The notes below the pieces were generated by a model, which made no database searches, was not told the DNA's origin, and saw only the letters and a program-made list of their open reading frames with translations. DNA of 64,000 nt from an uncultured Actinomycetes bacterium. Lineage in GTDB: Bacteria; Actinomycetota; UBA4738; HRBIN12. Where the stretch lies: contig OY969934.1 in NCBI GenBank assembly GCA_963704725.1, forward strand, positions 3,072,001-3,136,000, read 5' to 3'. Each line of letters starts with the position of its first letter. Within the stretch, counting starts at the first letter, position 1. The translations under genes and the position numbers were made by a program. This document shows, piece after piece, positions 51,302 to 61,504 of this stretch.

Positions 51302-53188
51302 ATGCGACGACGAAGGCTCGCCATCGCGACGTCGGTATGCGGAGTCCTGGCGCTGGCCGTGGGAGGCATCCTGCAATCGGCCGCCGGGGATACGCTCGAC
51401 GCTTCGAACCGCTTCGCGCCGTCCGGCGTGGTGTCCGTGGATCCCTTCTCGACCTCACCGCTCCGGCCAACGGGCGCGGCGGCGGCCGCTGCGAGCGCCG
51501 CCGGCGCCGTCCAGGCGACGACGTCCGGCGGCTGTGTCGACTCGGGCAACAACGTCCGCGTCAACCAGGAATGCACGAACCAGAGCGCCGCGGGCTTCAT
51601 CGGACGCGGCCAGTCCCAGAACGAGACCGCGGTCGCGGTGAACCCGCTGAACCCGCGGAACGTCCTCGCCAGCCAGAACGACTACCGGCGGGGCGACGGC
51701 ACGTGCGGCGTCGACTGGAGCATGGACGGCGGGAAGCACTGGGGGAGCTCGCTCGCCCCGGCAGGCTTCACGCCGGGCTTCACGAACCCCCGGCACAACT
51801 GGCAGGCCGGTGGGGACACCTCGGTCGGGTTCGACACGTCCGGCGCGGCCTACCTCATGTGCCAGGTCTTCGACCGTGGCGCGGTCGCCGACGGCGGGAC
51901 CGGCGCGTTCGGCCCGAGCGGGTTCCTCCTGTTCCGCTCGGTCGACGGGGGTGCCTCGTGGAGCTTCCCCGGCAGCCCGGTGAAGACGAGCGACGCCACC
52001 GGCGCCGACGGCATCGGTCTCCTCGACAAGGTGTACATGACGATCGACGCCTCGTCGGACAGCCCGTACGCCGACCGGATCTACGTGACCTGGTCCGAGT
52101 ACAGCACCGACTTCTCGGCGGACCCGATCACGCTCGCCTACTCCGACGACCACGGCGTGACCTGGCACCAGTCGGGCGCGGTCAGCGGCCCCTCGACGGA
52201 CCTGTGCCCGGTCAACTTCTCCGGCGCGCCGGCCGGGACCTGCGACGCCAACCAGTTCTCGGTCCCGTTCACCGCACCCAACGGGGACGTCTACGTGGTG
52301 TTCCAGAACTTCAACAACTGCTCGGGCGCGTTCGGCGCTCCCTGCACGGGCGACCCGAACGACAACCACAACCAGATGCTGATCGTGAAGTCGACGGACG
52401 GCGGGGCCACGTTCGGCGAGCCCGTCAAGGTGACGGACTTCTACGACCTGCCCGACTGCTTCACCTACACCGGCTCCGACTTCGGGCGGGCGTGCGTCCC
52501 GACGGCGCCGCTCTCAGGCGTGAGCGTGTTCCGCGCCACGAACTACCCGAGCCCGGCCGCGGTCTCGGACTCGGAGATCGTCATCGACTTCGGCAGCTAC
52601 ATCAACCAGCACTCGAACCCCACGCTCGGGAACTGCTCGCCCGCAGGGTTGAGCGGTGACACGTTCCTGAACCTGTACGACGGGGTGGGTGAGATCAACG
52701 GGTGCAACAACGACATCGTTCGGAGCGTCTCGACGGATGGGGGCGCGACCTTCACCGGGACGAGCACCGACGTGTCCGAGCTGCCCTCCGTGAACGACGA
52801 GGGCGCCCAGCTGGCCGACCAATGGTGGCAGTGGTCGGCGTCGACCCCGAAGGGGAAGGTCGCCACCATGTACTACGACCGCAAGTACGGAGACGACATG
52901 GCCACGGGGTTCATGGACATCTCCATGTTCCGGGGCTCCGGCGCACCCGTCCGGGTGACGAACGCCAGCTTCCCGTCGTCGAACGAGTTCCCCGACGCGA
53001 ACGGCGCCTCGACGTTCATGGGGGACTACTCGGGGCTCGCCGTCGGATCCGACGGGCGGGCGCATCCCGTGTGGACGGATGCGCGCAACCCGATCTTCTC
53101 CTTCAGCACGGCTCCCGGCGACGACGCCCGCGTGCTGATCCCGGTCGGGTTCGGGAGCGACATCTACACGGCGTCGATCAAGACCTGA
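51302..53188 (+). CDS. Secreted BNR/Asp-box (sialidase-like beta-propeller) protein
   Basis: Signal peptide; SMDGGKHW, SVDGGASW, SDDHGVTW, STDGGATF twice; FMGDY. Confidence 0.88.
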   Translation: MRRRRLAIATSVCGVLALAVGGILQSAAGDTLDASNRFAPSGVVSVDPFSTSPLRPTGAAAAAASAAGAVQATTSGGCVDSGNNVRVNQECTNQSAAGFIGRGQSQNETAVAVNPLNPRNVLASQNDYRRGDGTCGVDWSMDGGKHWGSSLAPAGFTPGFTNPRHNWQAGGDTSVGFDTSGAAYLMCQVFDRGAVADGGTGAFGPSGFLLFRSVDGGASWSFPGSPVKTSDATGADGIGLLDKVYMTIDASSDSPYADRIYVTWSEYSTDFSADPITLAYSDDHGVTWHQSGAVSGPSTDLCPVNFSGAPAGTCDANQFSVPFTAPNGDVYVVFQNFNNCSGAFGAPCTGDPNDNHNQMLIVKSTDGGATFGEPVKVTDFYDLPDCFTYTGSDFGRACVPTAPLSGVSVFRATNYPSPAAVSDSEIVIDFGSYINQHSNPTLGNCSPAGLSGDTFLNLYDGVGEINGCNNDIVRSVSTDGGATFTGTSTDVSELPSVNDEGAQLADQWWQWSASTPKGKVATMYYDRKYGDDMATGFMDISMFRGSGAPVRVTNASFPSSNEFPDANGASTFMGDYSGLAVGSDGRAHPVWTDARNPIFSFSTAPGDDARVLIPVGFGSDIYTASIKT

Positions 53189-53214
53189 GGCGGTCCAGAC
53201 CCGACGCGACGCGA

Positions 53215-53244
53215 GGTGAGGGGCCGGGCGACCGGCCCCTCACC
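53215..53244 (+). terminator. GC-rich hairpin, probable intrinsic terminator
   Basis: GGTGAGGGGCCGG-GCGA-CCGGCCCCTCACC after the stop codon. Confidence 0.7.
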
Positions 53245-53397
53245 GCGACCGGCCCGTGATCAGGACCATGCGACCGCTGAGCTTCACGGCTCCCTCACCC
53301 CTCGCTGCGCCCGACGACGGTCTCGAACCCGACCGGAACCGTGGCTCTCGCTCCGGCACCGGCCGGTATCCGACGCGTCGACTGCTAGCGTGGATCG

Positions 53398-53886
53398 GTG
53401 ACCCGCCGGGGCCGCCACAGCGCGGCGACGTTTCGGCGCCGGCGCATCGTGGCCGCGGCGGCCGTCCTCGGCGTCGCCGGGGCCGCGGTCGCGGGGTTCC
53501 TCCTGGTGCGCAACCGCGGCGCGGAGCGCGTGTGCTCGCGGCCCGAGGAGCTGCGCACGCGCGGCGCCGTCACGCTGATCCCGGAGGCGATGGACGCGTT
53601 CCTCGAGGCGGAGAACGCCGTGGGACGACCGATCGACGTCGTCGAGAGCTACCGCTCGTGCCGGGAGCAGGCGCTGGCGTGCGAGCGGATCTGCGGCTCG
53701 CGCCACGGGTGCCCCGGGACCTGCGCACCGCCCGGGCTGTCGTGGCACCAGCGCGCCGAGGCCATCGACGTCACGCAGGAGATGGTCGACGCGCCGGGGG
53801 TCGTCGCGGCGCTGGAGGACGCGGGCTGGTGCCAGGCGGTCCCGGACAGCGACCCCGGCCACTTCTCCTTCGACGGCTGTCACTGA
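53398..53886 (+). CDS. M15/VanY-like peptidase (membrane anchored)
   Basis: SYRS..EQ, APPGLSWH..AID, DPGHF. Confidence 0.8.
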   Translation: MTRRGRHSAATFRRRRIVAAAAVLGVAGAAVAGFLLVRNRGAERVCSRPEELRTRGAVTLIPEAMDAFLEAENAVGRPIDVVESYRSCREQALACERICGSRHGCPGTCAPPGLSWHQRAEAIDVTQEMVDAPGVVAALEDAGWCQAVPDSDPGHFSFDGCH

Positions 53887-53920
53887 GCGCGGGCGAGCGG
53901 CCCCGGCGTAGAGTGCGGCG

Positions 53921-54298
53921 ATGGACGCCGACGCCGTGCGGGCCTGGGTGGACGGCTATCGCGCCGTGTGGGAGTCCAACGAGCCCGAGGCGATCGGCGC
54001 GCTGTTCACCGAGGACGCTCGCTACCTGACCGAGCCGTACGCCGAGCCGTGGCGGGGCCGCCAGGCCATCGTGGCGCACTGGCTCGAGGCCAAGGACGCA
54101 CCGGGGCAGACCGAGTTCCGCTACGAGGTCATGGCGCTCGCCGGGGACCTCGCGTTCGTCCGGGGGTGGACGACCTACCTCGACCCGCCCAAGCGCGAGT
54201 ACAGCAACCTGTGGATCATCCGCCTCGACGGGGACGGACGGTGCGAGGCGTTCACCGAGTGGTGGATGAAGCACCGCACGCCCGCGAGCCCGTCCTGA
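53921..54298 (+). CDS. NTF2/SnoaL-like protein
   Basis: LFTEDARY, GRQAI, FTEWW. Confidence 0.85.
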   Translation: MDADAVRAWVDGYRAVWESNEPEAIGALFTEDARYLTEPYAEPWRGRQAIVAHWLEAKDAPGQTEFRYEVMALAGDLAFVRGWTTYLDPPKREYSNLWIIRLDGDGRCEAFTEWWMKHRTPASPS

Positions 54299-54313
54299 GC
54301 GGCGACCGCAGCT

Positions 54314-55378
54314 TCAGCTCGACGAGACGGAGCGCCCCGCCGGCGCGGTCTTCGGCTTCGCCCGGCGGTTGGCCTTCGCCGTCGACGGCGGCGTCGCCGG
54401 GGCCGAGGCTCGGGACGCGCCGCGGCGCGACGGGATGCGCGGGACGCGGGCCGGGGCGACCTCGGTGCGCAGGTCGTCCCAGAACGCCGCCAGGATCAGG
54501 CCGAGCGAGCCGACCGGCGCGAGCGCGGGGGTGAGCCGCCGGAGCCCACGCGACACCCGGCCGAGCTCCCGGCCGCGAAGAACGAGGACGTCCTCGAGCA
54601 GCTCCCAGGTCTCCAGACACCGGCCGGTCTCGTCCTCGTCCTCGGACTCGGGCACGCCGAGCCACCGGGCCCGCGCCCACGTCATGAGCCGGGGGTCGAG
54701 GTCGGGCACGAGATCGGGGAGCGTGGCGAACACGGTCTTCGACACCCGGGCCACGCCGAACTCCCGCACCCAGGCCGCCGACAGGAAGGCGTCGATCCAC
54801 GCCCGGCGCTCGGCGCTGCCGGCGGGAGCGGAGCGTGGAGCCGAGGCGATCAGGGCGTCCGCGGACGACGCTGCCCCGTCCATGAATCGCTCCACCAGCT
54901 CGAGGTCCCAGCCGGCGCCCAGGTGGTTCGCCCGCCACAGGTGAACCGGGGTGATCGTCGGCGACGAGGGCCAGAGCTTGCCGCGGAAGAAGTCCCGGTG
55001 GGGCGAGGCCGTGAGGTATCGCAGGTAGACCGCCCCGGGATCCTCCAGCCGGCGGACGCCGATCCTGACCGTCGCCGGCTGCGCGGCGCTGGCCGGAAGG
55101 GGATCGGGAGGCGGCTCGACCGCCACCACGAGCTTCGTCACGGTCGCGAGCGGCGGCCCCGGATCCTCGGCCTCGACCTTCGGGACCGGCTCGGGGTCCG
55201 GCTCGGGGTCCGAGCTCGACTCCCCGGCGATGGGGTCCGTCCCGTCACGCTCGCCGCTCGCATGCCGAGCCAGGAGCGCGTACCAGCTCTGCTCGTACGC
55301 CTCGGTGCAGGTCGGGTCGTGCCCGGCGTCGTCAGCCCCGCGGCCCCGGCGGCGATCTCGGCTCCGTGCGGTCGGCAT
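54314..55378 (-). CDS. Hypothetical protein (weakly DUF6308-like)
   Basis: GVARVSKTVFATLPDLVPDLD; low-complexity termini. Confidence 0.55.
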   Translation of the reverse strand: MPTARSRDRRRGRGADDAGHDPTCTEAYEQSWYALLARHASGERDGTDPIAGESSSDPEPDPEPVPKVEAEDPGPPLATVTKLVVAVEPPPDPLPASAAQPATVRIGVRRLEDPGAVYLRYLTASPHRDFFRGKLWPSSPTITPVHLWRANHLGAGWDLELVERFMDGAASSADALIASAPRSAPAGSAERRAWIDAFLSAAWVREFGVARVSKTVFATLPDLVPDLDPRLMTWARARWLGVPESEDEDETGRCLETWELLEDVLVLRGRELGRVSRGLRRLTPALAPVGSLGLILAAFWDDLRTEVAPARVPRIPSRRGASRASAPATPPSTAKANRRAKPKTAPAGRSVSSS

Positions 55379-55740
55379 TCCCTCGTTCCCACGCAAGGTT
55401 GGACGGCACGCGCCGTCCTCGTCTCCCATCGGCCGGGATCGGCCGTGGCTGAAGAGGGCGATCACCGCGATCGCTCGGCTCGCCACGACTCGAGCACCGG
55501 CCCCTCGCGTGCCCTGAGCTCGACCGACCCGCATCCGCCGGGCGGGTCCTTCGGCAGGCGGCTCGATGGGGGACGCCTGCGGTCCGAGCGCACCTCCGTG
55601 CGTGGCGAGGCGTGGTCGCGATCACGAGAAGGCCATTAGGCCGTTCTGACCAGGCATTTCTCAACCGCGGAACCGCTCAACCGCGGCCCCCGAACGGCCG
55701 ACTGTGGGGGGTGAGGGTGCGAGGAGGTTCTGACCCCTCG

Positions 55741-57432
55741 ATGACCGCCACGTCCGTCTCGACCGGCGACCGGCTCGCCGGGCTCACCCGAGCCCGGCGG
55801 TCGAGCGCTTCCCACCCCACCCGGCCGGCCTATCTGTACCTCGCCACGGCAAGCGTGCTCTCCGCCTTCTACTTCGTGCTCCACGGGCAGGGGCGCGAGA
55901 TCGTGTACGAGGTGGTCTCCGCCAGCTCCGTGGCGGCCATCGCGATCGGGACCCTGCGGTTCCGTCCGCAGCCGAGTCTGCCCTGGTGGCTCCTGGCCGG
56001 CGGGATGACGATGTGGTTCATCGGCGACGTCCTGTGGTCCTGGTACCCGTACTTCACCGGTCGCGACCTCGTCATTCCCTCCGCCGCCGACGTCTCCTAC
56101 CTGCTCGGCTACCCCCTGCTGCTGGTCTCGATCGGCATGATCGTGCGGACCCGTCGTCCCGCGCTTCGCCGGAGCGGGTGGATCGACTCCGCCATCGTCG
56201 CCGTGGTGTTCGCGCTCATGGTCTGGCAGGTCGCGCTCCAGGAGGCCGTCGCGAACGGCGTGACCATGGGCGAGGCGGTGAACATCGTCTACCCGCTGGC
56301 GGACACGATCCTCGTCGGGTTCCTCGCCAGGCTCCTGTTCGCGCCCGGGCACCGCACGCCCGCCTACGCCTCGGTGGTGACCGCCATCTGCCTCGTCCTC
56401 GTCGCCGACATCGCCTACGCCTACGTCGTCGCCACCGACTCGTGGGGGATCTACGACGCGCTCAACGCCGGCTGGCTCGCCGGGTACGTGCTCCTCGGCG
56501 CCGCGGCCCTGCATCCGTCCATGGTCACGATCGCCGAGGCCCCCGAACGGATGGAGCAACCCCTCTCTCGCCGGCGGACCCTCGTGCTCGCGATCGTGGC
56601 CTCGCTCCCGGTGGCTCAGATGATCTTCGGCTCGTGGCTCGGCCTGCCCGACTCGCGCGTCGCAACGGCGATCGGCATGGTGCTCGTCCTCGGCATGGTC
56701 TTCTACCGGCTCTCCTCGCTGATCGGCTCGATCGAGCGACAGACCGCGGAGCTGACCGGGCTCCACCACGATCGCGGGCTCGTCCTCGACGAGATCACGC
56801 GCGCCATCGAGGACGAGCGGATGCGCCTGGCCGCCGAGCTGCACGACGGGCCGATCCAGCGCGTCACGAGCCTCGGCATGCGCGCGTACATGGGGATGCG
56901 GAAGCTCCGATCGGGCGACCAGGGAGCCGCCGCGAAGATCCTCGAGGAGATCGAGGAGGACCTCGGCCGCGAGGTGCAGGGGCTGAGGGCACTCATGACG
57001 CAGCTCCGGCCCCCGGTGCTGTCCGAGCGCGGGCTCGTCGACGCGCTGCGCGACCACGCCGACGCGATCTCCTCGGAGCGGGGGATCGGCGTGATGGTGG
57101 AGGGACAGATCGTCGGCCGCCTGAACGCGGAGGTGGAGACGGGCCTGTACCGCATCGCCCAGGAGGCCCTGATGAACGCGTGCCGGCACTCGGGGGCGCA
57201 GAGGATCGACGTCCGCGTCGAGCCTGCCGGTGGACGCATCCGGCTCATGGTTCACGACAACGGAGTGGGGTTCGACACGAGGACGAAGCTCGGTCACGAC
57301 GGCGGCATGCACTTCGGCCTGCTGGCGATGCGGGAGCGAGCAGCGATGCTGCACGGTTCGCTCACCATCGCGTCGGTTCGCGGGCAGGGAACCACGCTGG
57401 TCGCCGACGTTCCGCTCGAGGAGGAGCCGTGA
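55741..57432 (+). CDS. Multi-TM sensor histidine kinase (HisKA_3/NarX-like)
   Basis: ERMRLAAELHDG, YRIAQEALMNA, DNGVGF, GLLAMRERA. Confidence 0.93.
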   Translation: MTATSVSTGDRLAGLTRARRSSASHPTRPAYLYLATASVLSAFYFVLHGQGREIVYEVVSASSVAAIAIGTLRFRPQPSLPWWLLAGGMTMWFIGDVLWSWYPYFTGRDLVIPSAADVSYLLGYPLLLVSIGMIVRTRRPALRRSGWIDSAIVAVVFALMVWQVALQEAVANGVTMGEAVNIVYPLADTILVGFLARLLFAPGHRTPAYASVVTAICLVLVADIAYAYVVATDSWGIYDALNAGWLAGYVLLGAAALHPSMVTIAEAPERMEQPLSRRRTLVLAIVASLPVAQMIFGSWLGLPDSRVATAIGMVLVLGMVFYRLSSLIGSIERQTAELTGLHHDRGLVLDEITRAIEDERMRLAAELHDGPIQRVTSLGMRAYMGMRKLRSGDQGAAAKILEEIEEDLGREVQGLRALMTQLRPPVLSERGLVDALRDHADAISSERGIGVMVEGQIVGRLNAEVETGLYRIAQEALMNACRHSGAQRIDVRVEPAGGRIRLMVHDNGVGFDTRTKLGHDGGMHFGLLAMRERAAMLHGSLTIASVRGQGTTLVADVPLEEEP

Positions 57433-57833
57433 TCACGCCCGTCGCCGAACCAACGCGGGCGGCGCCGAGCGTCGTCGTCGTGGACGACGACGCGTCGATG
57501 CGAGACGCCATCCGAGAGCTCCTGGAGGAGCTGGGCTTCGCGGTCGTCGGGCTCGCCGGCGACGGGAGCACCGCCGTGGCGGTGGTCGCCGACGCGCGGC
57601 CGGACGTCGTCCTCATGGACGTGCGCATGCCGAAGATGGACGGGCTGGAGGCGACGCGCCAGATCCGTGTGATGCGCCCCGCGGTCCAGGTCGTGCTGCT
57701 GTCCGCCTACGACGACCTCACGTTCAGGCGGGCCGCCGAGGAGGTCGGCGCCTGCTCCTTCCTGGCCAAGGGGTGCAGCCCCGACATGCTCGAACGCACC
57801 CTGCGTGCGGCCGCGGCGAAGGGGCCGGGCTAG
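57429..57833 (+). CDS. Single-domain response regulator
   Basis: VVVDDD, DVRMPKMDG, FLAK; no output domain. Confidence 0.92.
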   Translation: MITPVAEPTRAAPSVVVVDDDASMRDAIRELLEELGFAVVGLAGDGSTAVAVVADARPDVVLMDVRMPKMDGLEATRQIRVMRPAVQVVLLSAYDDLTFRRAAEEVGACSFLAKGCSPDMLERTLRAAAAKGPG

Positions 57834-57884
57834 GTCCCGACGAGCCACGCCGTTCAGACCGCTTTCTGGAATGATCGCGGCCCG

Positions 57885-58424
57885 ATGCGCCCTCCACACC
57901 CCACGGCCGTCCGGCTGGAGCCACTCACCGCCGCGCACGTCGGGACGCTCGACGAGCTGACCCGCGACCCCGCCGTCCAGCGCTTCACCAGCGTCCCCCA
58001 GCCGCCGCCTCCGGGCTATGCAGCCGAGTGGCTCTCCCGCTATGTGGGGGGACGGCGCGACGGGACCCAGGAGGCGTTCGCGGTCGTCGAGGCGGACGGC
58101 GACGCGGTGCTCGGCATCGGCGTGGCGGTGGCGATCGACCGTCCCGGCCGGGTCGTCGAGCTCGGGTACTCGGTCCTGCCGTCCGCCCGGGGCCGTGGCG
58201 TGGCCACGGAGACGCTGCGGCAACTGACGGTGTGGGCGCTCTCGGAGCTCGGCGCCGTCCGGCTCGAGCTCCGCATCGACCCCCGCAACGAGTCGTCGAA
58301 GCGCGTCGCGGAGCGATGCGGCTACGCCCTCGAGGGCGTCCTTCGATCGATGCCCCTGAAGCCGGGCCGGTGGGGCGACCTCGAGGTCTGGTCGCGCCTC
58401 GCGTCCGACGTCCGCAGCGGATGA
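57885..58424 (+). CDS. GNAT (RimJ/RimL-type) acetyltransferase
   Basis: ELGY, RGRGVAT, NESSKRVAERCGY. Confidence 0.92.
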   Translation: MRPPHPTAVRLEPLTAAHVGTLDELTRDPAVQRFTSVPQPPPPGYAAEWLSRYVGGRRDGTQEAFAVVEADGDAVLGIGVAVAIDRPGRVVELGYSVLPSARGRGVATETLRQLTVWALSELGAVRLELRIDPRNESSKRVAERCGYALEGVLRSMPLKPGRWGDLEVWSRLASDVRSG

Positions 58425-58476
58425 AGGACGGCCGTGAGGACCGCCGCGCGTCGGTCCCATCGGCGACGATGCAGGC

Positions 58477-59091
58477 GTGACCGAGCGCAACCGGGTGACG
58501 CCGTTCGGCGAGATCGTCGCCATCGCCCAGCGCGGGCTCTTCATGGGCAACCGCGGCAGCATCCACCGGGACCGGACGATCGTTCGGCCGTGGCAGGTCC
58601 GCCGCTGGATCACCTGCGTCCTCGAGTACAAGGGGTGGGTCGCGCCCACGTGGCAGCCGGGCCGGTGGACGCCGCTGTTCTTCTGGGACGAGGCCGTGGC
58701 CCTGGCGGCGGGGCACCGGCCCTGCGCCCTGTGCCGGAGGGCGGACTTCAACGCCTGGCTCGACGCGTGGGCCTCGGCGTTCGGGGACCGGCCGACGGTC
58801 GACCCCGTGGACCGGCGCCTGCACGCCGAGCGCCTCGACGGCCGGGTGCAGCGGCGACACCGCGCGGCGTGGCGCGACCTCCCGGCCGGCGCGTTCGTGG
58901 CGGTCGGGGAAACCCCCGCGCTCGTGCTCGACGATCGCCTGGTCCCGTGGTCGGCCGCCGGCTACGGGCCACCCCTGGACCGGCCCGCCCGTGGTGACGC
59001 CGTGGTCCTCACGCCCCCGTCGAACGTCGAGGTTCTGCGGCATGGCTACCGCCCGGCTCTGCATCCCACCGCGGCCGCGCGGCCTTCGTAG
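58477..59091 (+). CDS. Hypothetical protein with an Ada-like Cys motif
   Basis: RNRVTPFG, GNRG, ALAAGHRPCALCRR. Confidence 0.75.
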   Translation: MTERNRVTPFGEIVAIAQRGLFMGNRGSIHRDRTIVRPWQVRRWITCVLEYKGWVAPTWQPGRWTPLFFWDEAVALAAGHRPCALCRRADFNAWLDAWASAFGDRPTVDPVDRRLHAERLDGRVQRRHRAAWRDLPAGAFVAVGETPALVLDDRLVPWSAAGYGPPLDRPARGDAVVLTPPSNVEVLRHGYRPALHPTAAARPS

Positions 59092-59120
59092 ACTGACCCC
59101 CGCTCCGCAGGAGGCTCCCG

Positions 59121-59828
59121 ATGACGATCAAGATCCGGCGCGACGTCGAGATCAGCGACGTGGAGGGCGGGTGGTTCCGCGCCCGCTGGCACTATTCGTT
59201 CGACACCTACCGCGACCCCGAGTACGTGCGCTTCGGCACGCTGCGGGTCTTCAACGACGACCGGCTGGTCCCCGGGGCGATCTGGCCGATGCATCCCCAC
59301 CGGGACATCGAGGGCCTGACCTACGTGGTGGAGGGCTCGTTCCGTCACCAGGACGACGTGGGCGGGCCGCCCGGTCCCCTGCCGGCCGGCTCGGTCCAGC
59401 GGATGACGCTCGGCTCGGGCGCCAACCACAGCGAGCAGAACGCGAGCGAGACCGAGCCCATGCGCTTCATCCAGATGTGGATCCTGCCCGACGAGCGCGG
59501 GCTCCCGCCCGGCGTCGAGCAGAAGATCTTCACGAAGCAGGACCGCACCGACCGACTGCTCGAGGTGATCGGCGGCGAGGGCGGCGATGCCGTGCTCGTG
59601 CACCAAGACGCGAGGGTGCTCGTGTCCCACCTCACGCCGGGCGCCTCGGCGTCCCACACCCTCGGCGCGGGCCGGGGCGGCTACCTCTACGTGATCGAGG
59701 GCGACGTCACGGTCAACGGTGAGCGCATGGCGACCGGCGACGCGGCCCAGATCCGGGACGAGCCCTCGGTCGCCGTCGAGGCGGTCCTCTCGAGCGAGCT
59801 GATCCTGGTCGACGTCCGCCTCACGTAG
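59121..59828 (+). CDS. Pirin family protein
   Basis: LRVFNDD, HPHRDIE, HSEQN, IQMWI. Confidence 0.93.
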   Translation: MTIKIRRDVEISDVEGGWFRARWHYSFDTYRDPEYVRFGTLRVFNDDRLVPGAIWPMHPHRDIEGLTYVVEGSFRHQDDVGGPPGPLPAGSVQRMTLGSGANHSEQNASETEPMRFIQMWILPDERGLPPGVEQKIFTKQDRTDRLLEVIGGEGGDAVLVHQDARVLVSHLTPGASASHTLGAGRGGYLYVIEGDVTVNGERMATGDAAQIRDEPSVAVEAVLSSELILVDVRLT

Positions 59829-60008
59829 CCGCTACCCCAAGCCGTCGCGTCGGGCCCTCGGAGCCGACGCGGAGGGGACGCGGTCGAACCGAGTAAACTG
59901 CAGGTAGCAGGTGCCAGCCTGCGGTTCGCGAATCGCGACCGACCCGTGGCCCATCGAGCCACCCGCCCCTCGCTTCCACGAATCGAACGGGAGCGGAGGG
60001 AGACTCCC

Positions 60009-60794
60009 ATGGTCCGTTGCCCCGTCTGCGAAGACGCCCAGGTCGTCTACGTCGCCGGTCCGGCCGCGACCTCGTGCCTCGGTTGCGGAGCCCGATGGAT
60101 CCAGAACGTTCCCGCGGGCAACGGCGTGGAGCACGCCGATCCGGTGCTCGCCCTCAACGAGGTCATCTGTGCGATCGAGGATGAGCGCGCCCGGCTCGCG
60201 GCGGACCTGCACGATGGACCGATCCAGAGGATCGCCGCGCTCGGCATGCGCACCTATCTGGGCCTTCGGGAACTGCGGGCCGGCGACCGGATGGCGGCCA
60301 CGAGGACCTTCGAGGGTATCGAGGCCGGACTCGACCGTGAGATCCGCTCCCTGCGAGCGCTCGTGACGCAGCTGCGACCGCCCGTGCTCTCCGAGCTCGG
60401 GCTGGTCGATGCGCTCCGAGACCACGCCAGCTCGATCGCATCCGAGCGCAAGATCGTCACGACCGTGGAGGGGTCGATCGACGCCCTGCAGAACGAGGAC
60501 GTCCAGACGGGCCTCTACCGGATCGCCCAGGAGGCGATGACGAACGCCTACCGGCACTCCGGGGCCAGCCGGATCGACGTCCGCGTGGAGCCGACCGGTC
60601 GAGCCATCCGACTGACCGTGCAGGACGACGGCGCAGGGTTCGATGCCACGAGGACGTTCGGACACGACGGCGACCAGCACTACGGGCTCGTCTCGATGCA
60701 AGAGCGCGCGGCGAAGCTTCACGGGTCGCTGACGGTCACCTCGGCCCCGGCCGGAGGGACGACCGTGACCGCCGAGCTTCCGGTCGAGGACTGA
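60009..60794 (+). CDS. Soluble histidine kinase with an N-terminal zinc ribbon
   Basis: CPVC..CLGC, then ERARLAADLHDGPIQ, YRIAQEAMTNA, DDGAGF. Confidence 0.88.
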   Translation: MVRCPVCEDAQVVYVAGPAATSCLGCGARWIQNVPAGNGVEHADPVLALNEVICAIEDERARLAADLHDGPIQRIAALGMRTYLGLRELRAGDRMAATRTFEGIEAGLDREIRSLRALVTQLRPPVLSELGLVDALRDHASSIASERKIVTTVEGSIDALQNEDVQTGLYRIAQEAMTNAYRHSGASRIDVRVEPTGRAIRLTVQDDGAGFDATRTFGHDGDQHYGLVSMQERAAKLHGSLTVTSAPAGGTTVTAELPVED

Positions 60795-61414
60795 CGCCGA
60801 AGCCCGGCGTGGCCGTTTCGTCGGGGAACGCCCACGGCGAGGTTCACCAGGCCGCCGATCGCCACTCCGAGCCCGACGCCGCCCACGACGTCGAGGGGAG
60901 CGTGTGCGCCGAGGTACATGCGCGCGAACGCAACCAGGAGGACGACCAGCCAGGGGACGACGCGCCAGCGCCCCCGAAGGTACGGCGTCACGACCCAAGC
61001 CAATCCGGACAGGAGCACGACGTGCCCGGACACGAAGGACGCCCCAACGGCCGGAGTGTCCCCACGCACGATCGCGTCGGAGATCGTCGTGCCCGGTCGC
61101 GACCGCTGCACGACATGCCAGACCACGCGCTCCCCGAGGAGCTTCGCGGCCGTCACGAGCAACGCCGCGGCGGCGAGGCGCCATCGACGGAGCAGCGCCG
61201 CGACGGCCGCCGCGACCGGCCCGGCCGCGAGCACGCCGAGAAGCTGCGAGCCGCGCATCACGGGCGAGAGCAGGTTCGGCAGGCCGTTCACGGCGTGGAA
61301 GAAGCTCAGTTCGGCCGGGCCCACCTCGCCGTTCGAGACGACAATGCCGCAGGCGGCCAGGACGGCGGCCCCCGCGAGGGCGGCGATGAGATCGTTCATC
61401 CGGCGCCTGAACAC
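60719..61414 (-). CDS. PAP2 family phosphatase
   Basis: RSRP, SFVSGH, RMYLGAHAPLD. Confidence 0.9.
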   Translation of the reverse strand: MFRRRMNDLIAALAGAAVLAACGIVVSNGEVGPAELSFFHAVNGLPNLLSPVMRGSQLLGVLAAGPVAAAVAALLRRWRLAAAALLVTAAKLLGERVVWHVVQRSRPGTTISDAIVRGDTPAVGASFVSGHVVLLSGLAWVVTPYLRGRWRVVPWLVVLLVAFARMYLGAHAPLDVVGGVGLGVAIGGLVNLAVGVPRRNGHAGLRRQSSTGSSAVTVVPPAGAEVTVSDP

Positions 61415-61504
61415 GTGCCTCTCCCCTCCGGCCCGATACCCAGCGCGGTCGAACCCTATGCCCAGGAGCTATCCGCGGCGAACGCGTCGTGATAGACACT
61501 CCGG

